A stretch of DNA of 64,000 nt, taken from positions 226,424,001-226,488,000 of the forward strand of contig OZ024740.1 in the NCBI GenBank assembly GCA_964016885.1. The letters are read 5' to 3'. Under the pieces are notes generated by a model. It was not told the origin of the DNA and ran no database searches. It saw only the letters and a program-made list of their open reading frames with translations. The translations under genes were made by a program, and so were the position numbers. Shown piece by piece: positions 56,335 to 64,000 of the stretch; the first letter of the stretch is position 1, and every line of letters begins with the position of its first letter. The stretch comes from Eledone cirrhosa (taxonomy: Eukaryota).

Positions 56335-56720
56335 AGTCATCCCCATTGTGACCAGTCGAACATTCCTGACAGTCTCTCCACAATTCCCGATTTTCCATTG
56401 CTTCTTACTGAGGTTTGTATCATCTGAGAATTGATCAATAAATGTTCTAGCAACTATTCTTCTCCTGTGTCTCCCATGAGTTAGTTCCCACAATAGTAAC
56501 TTGTGAATAACTTCCTGCTTACATCTCCAGCAATGTCCTGCAAATCATAACTGTCTTTGAGCAATTATAGTTGTTATTTTAAGCAGGTTTCCATATAAAC
56601 TTTCATTTGAAATATATTGACACCAGTTTAAGTACACAGTATATATATGTAGTGTATTCTTTCAGTGTTGGTACATAAGTTTAGGTTGAGACTAATATAT
56701 AAATATATATGTAGATAAAT
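56335..56720 (-). mobile_element. Third RTE lineage, C-terminal remnant (also about 55150-55320 and 61150-61270)
   Basis: NESLYGNLLKITTIIAQRQL*FAGHCWRCKQEVIHKLLLWELTHGRHRRR. Confidence 0.75.
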
Positions 56721-56854
56721 CTACCAAAATATACGGTAGTGTCCAATCCATATGAAGAACTCAATGTAATCCAAATATAGAAGATATCATGAAAAGAGAA
56801 GATGCATTCAAAAATTCACGATAAAAGTCATAGGGAAACAGAGGCAAGATAAAT

Positions 56855-57768
56855 TAATAAAAACAATGAAATAAAAACAAAGAACAAGTTCCTTATATTA
56901 AAATATTCATCATTTTACGATCGTTTCTGTGATGTATATGTATGTTGGTATAATTATCAGAGGAAATATACATACCTTCACATATACATGCTGTCCTCAG
57001 AAATGATGAGATGTGTTTATTGAAAAAACCAAGAATTAATATAAAGAGTCTGTTTGGGAACAGGTTTTGAATTGACCAATAGAAATAAGTTAGAGGTCAA
57101 GTTGATAGAATGACAGTAGTAGAAATTAAATCTAGGAGTGGAAGAATGCCTATTTATGCTTTGAATGAAAATAATACTATGTATTATAATACTATGTACA
57201 TAGTATTATTTTCATTCAAAGGGTGGTGGATTGGCAGTATCGGTAGAGGGTCGGACGCCATGCTTTCCAGCATAGTTACGTCCCTTTATGATCTGAGTTC
57301 AAATCCCGCCGAGGTTGACTTTGCCTTTCATCCTTACGGGGTCGATAAAATAAAGTACCAGTAATGCACTGGGTAATTTGCTGGCCTTGTGCCTAAAGTA
57401 GAAACAATTATTTTCATTCAAAGCATAAATCTGCATTCTTCCACTCCTAGATTTAATTTCTACTACTGTCATTCTATCAACTTGACCTCTAAATCATTTC
57501 TATTGGTCAATTCAAAACTTGTTCCCAAACAAACTCTTTATATCAATTCTTTGTTTTTTTCAATAAACACATCTCATCATTTCTGAGGACAGCATGTATA
57601 TGTGAAGGTATGTATATTTCCTCTGATAATTTGTAATATTTTTACATAGATCTTAAACATGATATACATACCAACATACATATACATCACAGAAACGATC
57701 GTAAAATGATGAATATTTTAATATAAGGAACTTGTTCTTTGTTTTTATTTCATTGTTTATATTAATTT
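56855..57768. mobile_element. Palindromic cassette (about 330-bp arms) with a hammerhead in each arm and a SINE inserted near the centre
   Basis: Arms 56855-57175 / 57406-57768; centre aataatactatgtacatagtattatt; SINE 57221-57409 with TSD attattttcattcaaa. Confidence 0.85.
57574..57712 (+). ncRNA. Type I hammerhead ribozyme (mirror copy 56907-57009, -)
   Basis: tcatcattt-CTGAGGA-cagc-atgtatatgt...acatatacat-caca-GAAA-cgatcg-TA-aaatgatga: 9-bp stem I, 10-bp helix in stem II, palindromic stem III. Confidence 0.8.
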
Positions 57769-57884
57769 ATATATATATGTATATCAAAGGTATATATTGA
57801 GTTAGAAACTCAAAATAGTCTCTTACAATAAAATATCTCAAAGAAAGAGATTTTTCCGAGCCGTATATTATAATTAAATATATA

Positions 57885-58120
57885 AGAGAGATAAACACAG
57901 ACATATATATATATGTGTTCAAATTGTAAGGGACCAGGTTTGCTAAGGTCAAAAAGATACTAACTATGGACAATAGGTTTTGCCAGATTCAATTTAAGAA
58001 TAAAGCAAGAAAATAAATACAAACCGGAACTATTGTCCATAGTTAGTATCTTTTTCACCTTAGCAAATCTGGTCCCTTATGATTTGAACACATATATGTA
58101 TAAGCCTGTGTTTATCTCTC
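57885..58120. repeat. Inverted repeat 57885-57976 / 58030-58120
   Basis: Reverse-complement match read directly. Confidence 0.75.
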
Positions 58121-58324
58121 TTTTATATACATATATAACGAAGGAAATGTGGTAAGGAACCAGATGGACCATAACACACCAAAGTACTCAATACTTAGGG
58201 TAGTAGAGTGGGTAATAAGAACAAGTATGACCCGGACGGCAGAGCTCAAGCCGTTTCGACGGCTAATTCTGGACTGAATTAGCCATCGAAGCGGCTTGAG
58301 CTCTGCCGTCGGAGTCATACTTGT

Positions 58325-58399
<75 letters not shown>

Positions 58400-58412
58400 G
58401 TGTATATATATA

Positions 58413-60710
58413 TCATCGTCATTTAACGTCTATCTTCCATGCTAGCATGGGTTTAGACGGGAGTTGTCCCACGTGACGCAAGATTGGTTGTCTTGCTCGT
58501 ATAGGACTGTCTGGCGGGTTTTCTACGGCTGGGTGCCCTTCCCAACACCAACCTAGTTTACAGTGTGGACTGGGAGGTTTTTACCGTGTTACCCACATGG
58601 GCACATTACAGCGTGGACTGTGTGTTTTTTTTGTCGTGACACCTACACGACCTCATTTGTTTCAGACTGGATGTTGTGGTACCAACATAACTTTACATTG
58701 AAAGGGGTGGTGTGGATGGGGTGGGGGTAGTGGGCCGGGGGTGTATTTTTGTTAGAGGTGCCTACTGACTGTAGGTTTTACTTTGTACTTAGGCAAGGCA
58801 GGTCTTCTGTATTATTGTATAGCGCCAAAGATCTCGGTCCAGTGACATTGTCTTGGAGAGGTGTAAGTGTGTGAGGTCGGAATTTATCAAGTCGTCCCAG
58901 GTTTTTCTGGGTCTGCCTACTCCGTGGCTACCGTCTATTTTTATCGCCCTGCACTTTTTTATACAGCTGTCGTCTTTCATGTGCATCACGTGACTGTAAC
59001 AATGTAGTCTTCTCTCGAGTAAACAACATCTGATCCCTCTTATTCCTAATTTCTCCCTTAGTTCGTTTATGCTTTGCCGTTCACGTATATTACTATTACA
59101 CATCCAGCGGAGCATGCAAGCTACGTTCCTCTCCAGTCTGCACAGATCCTCTGCACACAATGCCCAGGTCTCACTGCCATGTAACATTGCTGTTCGTATG
59201 CAGGCATCATACAGCCTGCCTTTCATTTTTAGAGAGAACCCTTTAGCGGCCATTAGTGGTATAAGCTCTCTGAACTTTTTCCATCCCGTTCTGACTCTAG
59301 CTACTGTACTTTCACAGCACCCTCCACCACTGCTGATTTTGTCACCCAGGTAATGGAAGGTGTCCACTATTTCTATAGAACCATCTGTGCAATGGAATGA
59401 GCTAGTATTCTGTGGGCACTTGCTGCTACTTATTGCACCAGAGCACCGGCCACATATAAAATCTATATTCTTAGTTAACTTACCTGTGATCCCACTACAT
59501 CTTTTATACACCCATACTTTGCATTTGGGACATAAAATGGAGTTTCTGCCTACTCCTTTCCTACACACTGAGCATGGCCATTTCCCAGATGGGACCGGTG
59601 CCCTATTTTCCTTCCTACAAACTAGAACTTTAGTCTTAGACAGGTTAATTTTAAGGCATTTTGATTCTAGGCCATGCTTCCATGTTTGGAATTTCTTCTC
59701 TAGTTCGGCCATTGACTCATCTATGAGCATTAGATCATCTGCGTATAGGAGTTCCCATGGGCAGCTGGTCTTGAACTCCCCTGTTATAGCCTGAAGGGCA
59801 ATAATAAATAGTAGGTGGCTAAGAACGGAGCCCTGATGAACACCAACTTTTACGCTAAACTCTTCACTATATTCGTTGTTAATTCTAACCTTGCTGACAG
59901 TTTCTTTATACATGGCTTGTATAGCTCTCACAAGCCATTCATCAACACCTAGTTTTCGAAGAGCCCACCAGATAATGGAGCGGGGGACTCTGTCAAAGGC
60001 TCTCTCCAAGTCAGCAAAATCTAAGTATAGGGATTTACTTTTAGCTAGGTACTTCTCCTGTAGTTGCCATACAATGAAAAGAGCGTCTGTGGTACTTTTA
60101 CCTGACACAAACCCGAACTGCATTTCATCTAGTTCAATTCGCTCTCTGATTGCTCTATTACTTTTTCTGTGACCTTCATGACCTGGTCGATTAATTTAAT
60201 GCCTCTATAGTTACCCCTATCTAGGGCATCTCCTTTACCCTTGTAGCAGTTAATGATGATGCTGCTACGCCAGTCCATCGGAACAACCCCATTCTGTATG
60301 ACTTGGTTTACTATCCGGGTGACCATAGTGTGTCCCACCGTTCCACATGCTTTCAGCATTTCAGCAACTATTTCCGAAGGCCCAGCCGCCTTACCCGTCT
60401 TCATATCTTTGATTGCCTTACTTATTATAATACCTTCAACTAACACTGCTGGTCCCTCTATTGGATCGATGTGGGGGGAGACTGTCTTTCTCCCATTTAT
60501 TCTCCTCATTTAGTAGCCTTTCATAGTGACACTTCCAAGCTACCTTCTTATCAGCGTCAGTGATGGCAAGTACACCATCATCATTAAGGACACACTTCTC
60601 CCCGACAATATCACAGTTTTCCTTGACACATTGCCTAGCAATCCTGAACACCTCACGTTTTTGGTCCTCTCGTTGTAGAACATGCTTGAACTTTCTTTCC
60701 TCTGCTTCCC

Positions 60711-60712
<2 letters not shown>
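58413..60712 (-). mobile_element. 5'-truncated RTE LINE with a nearly intact RT
   Basis: 444-aa ORF with LERAFDRV, GVHQGS, LYADD, a PHD-type finger and GRPRKTW; upstream frameshifts; full 3'UTR. Confidence 0.95.
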
Positions 60713-60780
<68 letters not shown>

Positions 60781-60783
<3 letters not shown>

Positions 60784-61135
60784 TTTATTAAAATAACAGA
60801 TTAAAGTTTAAGCAAAGAATCGCTGCTTTCACCCTTAACGGGATCTTCTGAAACTAACAATGTCAATCTGTAAATGCAGAAGTGGATATTTCAAAAAACG
60901 TTGCAACCGGAGGAAGACAGGAAGACGATACTTTGGTTCGTGGAAACGTTCGCTATGCAAATAAGTAATGGTATAAACAAAACATACTTAGCTCCCACAT
61001 CAAGACGTAAAATATCCACGTATAAATCGTACTATCCGTTAGGGTATAATGTGGGGCTGTAATACAGGAAAGTTTTGTGCAATTTATCGAGCCCTCTTTG
61101 GATTTTAGTCTTCAAATTTATTATTATTACTATAT
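60781..61135 (+). mobile_element. (TA)n-flanked cassette with a degenerate hammerhead-like motif; internally deleted sibling at 11031-11178
   Basis: Both ends are near-identical to the 11 kb copy; ttgcaa-CCGGAGGA...GAAA-cgttcg-cta-tgcaa at 60901-60960. Confidence 0.6.
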
Positions 61136-61419
61136 ATATATAAATATATATAGTAGCTTGTGTATAACTTCCTACTTACTTCTCCAGCAATGTTCTGCAT
61201 ATTGTAGTCAATTTAAATGATAGGGTGTTATTTATTGCAGGTTGAGCTACTATCAACAGATTCCCACATTAACTCTTTGATTTGTTGTTGTAGTTATTGT
61301 GTGTTACAACAATTAGTCATGCTTGTAGTTGGTACTTAGTATCACTGGTTTGTTCTGCTACAACTAACAAATAGCATAATAGTAAGACAATAAAATATTC
61401 ACAGATTCAGCATCGACCT

Positions 61420-62090
61420 GTCATCACCATCATCATCATCACCATCACCATCCTAATCATCATTATTATCAACATTATTATCATCGCCACCATCATCATC
61501 ATCATCATCATCATAATTATCATCACCATCATTATTATATCAACATCATCATCGTCTTCATCATTATCGTTATCATCATCATCGCCATCCCCATCATGAT
61601 TATTATCAACATTATCATCATCATCATTATCAACATCATCATCATCATAATCATTATTAACATTATCATGACCATCATCAACTATATTATCGTCATCATC
61701 ATTAGCAATAACATCATCATCTTTATTATCATTATTATTATTATCATCGGCCCTTTCCATTCTGAGTTCAAATCCCACTGAGGTTAACTTTGCCTTTCAT
61801 CCTTACGGGGTCGATAAAATAAAGTACCAGTAATGCATTGGAATAATTGCTGGCCTTGTGCCAAATGTAGAAACAACTATTATCACCATCATCGTTATCA
61901 TAAGCACCACCATCATCATTGTCATAAACATCATCATCATCATCATCATCATCATTCCCATTATTATCATCGTCTTCATCTTCATCAGCAGCAGCAGCAA
62001 CTTCATTATCATCATCATCATCATCGTTGTTGTCATTAGCATCACCATCATCATTGTCATAAGCATCATCATCATCATCATCATCATCAT
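61420..62090. repeat. Degenerate (CAT)n tract containing a truncated SINE
   Basis: Read directly. Confidence 0.9.
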
Positions 62091-62479
62091 TTGTATATTC
62101 ATTATTTCACACTGGTATGGGTTGAGTAAGATGTACTTCCTCCCACCCAACTCCCTGCCTGATTCCAGCCCCTATTTTATGTTGATGGTATGTATTGTTG
62201 ACTTTCACCAAACCATAATCTTCAGGCATAAATAAACATTATTGCCCACTTTAAGCATTGTTTCATGCCAACAGATAGATACACTTATACTTGTATATGA
62301 TCATCATCATCATCATTCTCACCATCTTCATTATCATCACCATTTAATATCTGTATATACACACACACACATACACACACACACACACACACAGACACAT
62401 ACACATACACACATATATGGTGACTTTACTGTTTCCATCTACCAAATATTTTCACAAGTCTTTGATCTGCCTTAGCTTA

Positions 62480-62677
62480 CGAGGGTTGGCTGAAAAGTTC
62501 ATAGGTTGACTAAGATACTCTCATTTAATGACCAAATGAGGTTTATTTTTCGATATAGTCCCTGGAAAGAAACAATGAAGTTATTTATAAGAAAAGCTTA
62601 AATTAATGCAAGCAAGATTTTACAGCTCTAGCATCAAACATTCATAGTCAACCTATGAACCTTTCAGCCAACCTTCA
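62480..62677. mobile_element. Mariner-type MITE
   Basis: TIRs cgagggttggctgaaaagttcataggttgact / agtcaacctatgaacctttcagccaaccttca. Confidence 0.85.
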
Positions 62678-63808
62678 ATTACACACACATAGGGCTACCG
62701 CACAGTTTCCATCAACCAAATTCATTCACAAGACCTTGGTCAACCTTTGCTTACTGTGGGATCATACCCAAAACCCCATGGCTGTGAAGTAATCTCCTTT
62801 GCCACACAGTCAACCATACATTATTTGGTGTTCTGATATATATTGCTTTACTTTTATATTCTATTCTTCCTTAGGGACTAACTCCTGTTGAATAAGCTTA
62901 TTATGTCGTGTGTGTGTTAGTGTGTGTGTTGTATGATAACTTGTTTTTATTTCAATGCATATAAAGCCATAGGCATTAGTCATTTCCTTCATATCTGACC
63001 GCTTAGCTGAATATATTAGTATAATGTGCTGTATAAATCTCTAGAAAGATGAAAGCCCAAGTTGATATAGATAGGTTTTGAAACCGGGGAACTTGTAAGC
63101 TTAGCAGTAACTCCTGAGATGTAGTAGTGTGCCTTGAGAAGAACGGTAGAATGTCTAAAGAAAACAGCTAATTTTCTGTAAGTTATTTCTAAAAGGAAAA
63201 TCAAAAGGAATAATTAACTGAAAACATGAGATACAACAGAGCAATAATTTTTTTTTATGATAATGTGGCTGGCAGTGTTTGAAACCAGCCAACTCATCGT
63301 CATTCTGTTCAATGTAGAATTGGAATAATGCCATTAGATTGACGCTTATAAAATATCTCACACGGTTGCATTTGATTGCTGGCTTTAATGATAGCATGCA
63401 CAACTGGTCTGCTTCGGTTCAGAGGTTTTATGGATGGAGGTAATCTAATGGTGATGTCGGAGGGAGGAAAAGTTGTTGCTTTCTCTCTTATCCATATTCT
63501 TAATTACATCAAGGCTCAAATACAATGAAAGTTTTTATCCCTAGGAAGTTTCTTGTCTGCTTTACAATAAACTTTATATTATATTCTACTGCAACCTCTG
63601 TGTTGCGAAGTAGTTATTGTACAGGACTCAAACATTAAAATAGAGAATTTCCACCTTGAGAAAAGCGCCTTCGGAATGTCTAACTTGAAAATGAAGTATT
63701 AATTTTCTATATTATATTGATTTCCTTAGACTAGACACGACACAAGGCTAATATTAGCAAGAGTTGGGTCACAAACAATTAAATCAACCCCAGTAACTTA
63801 CATATGAG

Positions 63809-64000
63809 ATATATACTTGAATATAAGCCGAGGAATATATGACCAAAAATCGATGATAAAATGGGTTGGAGTCAGCTTGTATACGCCATCTAAACAATGT
63901 GCTGATTTGCTACCTCAGCTTATAAATGGTGTTTGGATTTTTTGCTAATTTTTCAGGCATAAAATGGGGGTTGAGGCTCAGCTTATATTCAAGTATATAC
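63809..64000. mobile_element. Tc2/pogo-type MITE
   Basis: TIRs tatatacttgaatataagccgag / ctcagcttatattcaagtatatac. Confidence 0.75.

Overview
AT-rich, repeat-saturated eukaryotic DNA. The SINE/LINE families and the (TA)n/(CAT)n density point to a coleoid cephalopod, probably Octopus (inference). No intact host gene is recognisable; only a few splice-signal-bounded micro-exon candidates lie on the minus strand. Most of the window is transposon-derived: about 8 truncated RTE LINEs with a PHD-type finger inside the RT, older RTE, CRE and L1/Tx1 fragments, a full-length decayed maT (DD37D) element, mariner and Tc2 MITEs, a non-autonomous Helitron, over 20 tRNA-derived SINEs of two families, three minisatellites, and a 5'-inverted Penelope-like element (RT + GIY-YIG). 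The most notable unannotated signal is about 14 minimal type I hammerhead ribozyme motifs (CUGANGA-stem II-GAAA-short, usually palindromic stem III-UH). They belong to several apparently unrelated small non-coding cassettes set in (TA)n tracts, and many are folded back as inverted repeats. This suggests a diverse population of Penelope-dependent, retrozyme-like elements. All alignments and folds were done by eye, so boundaries are approximate.
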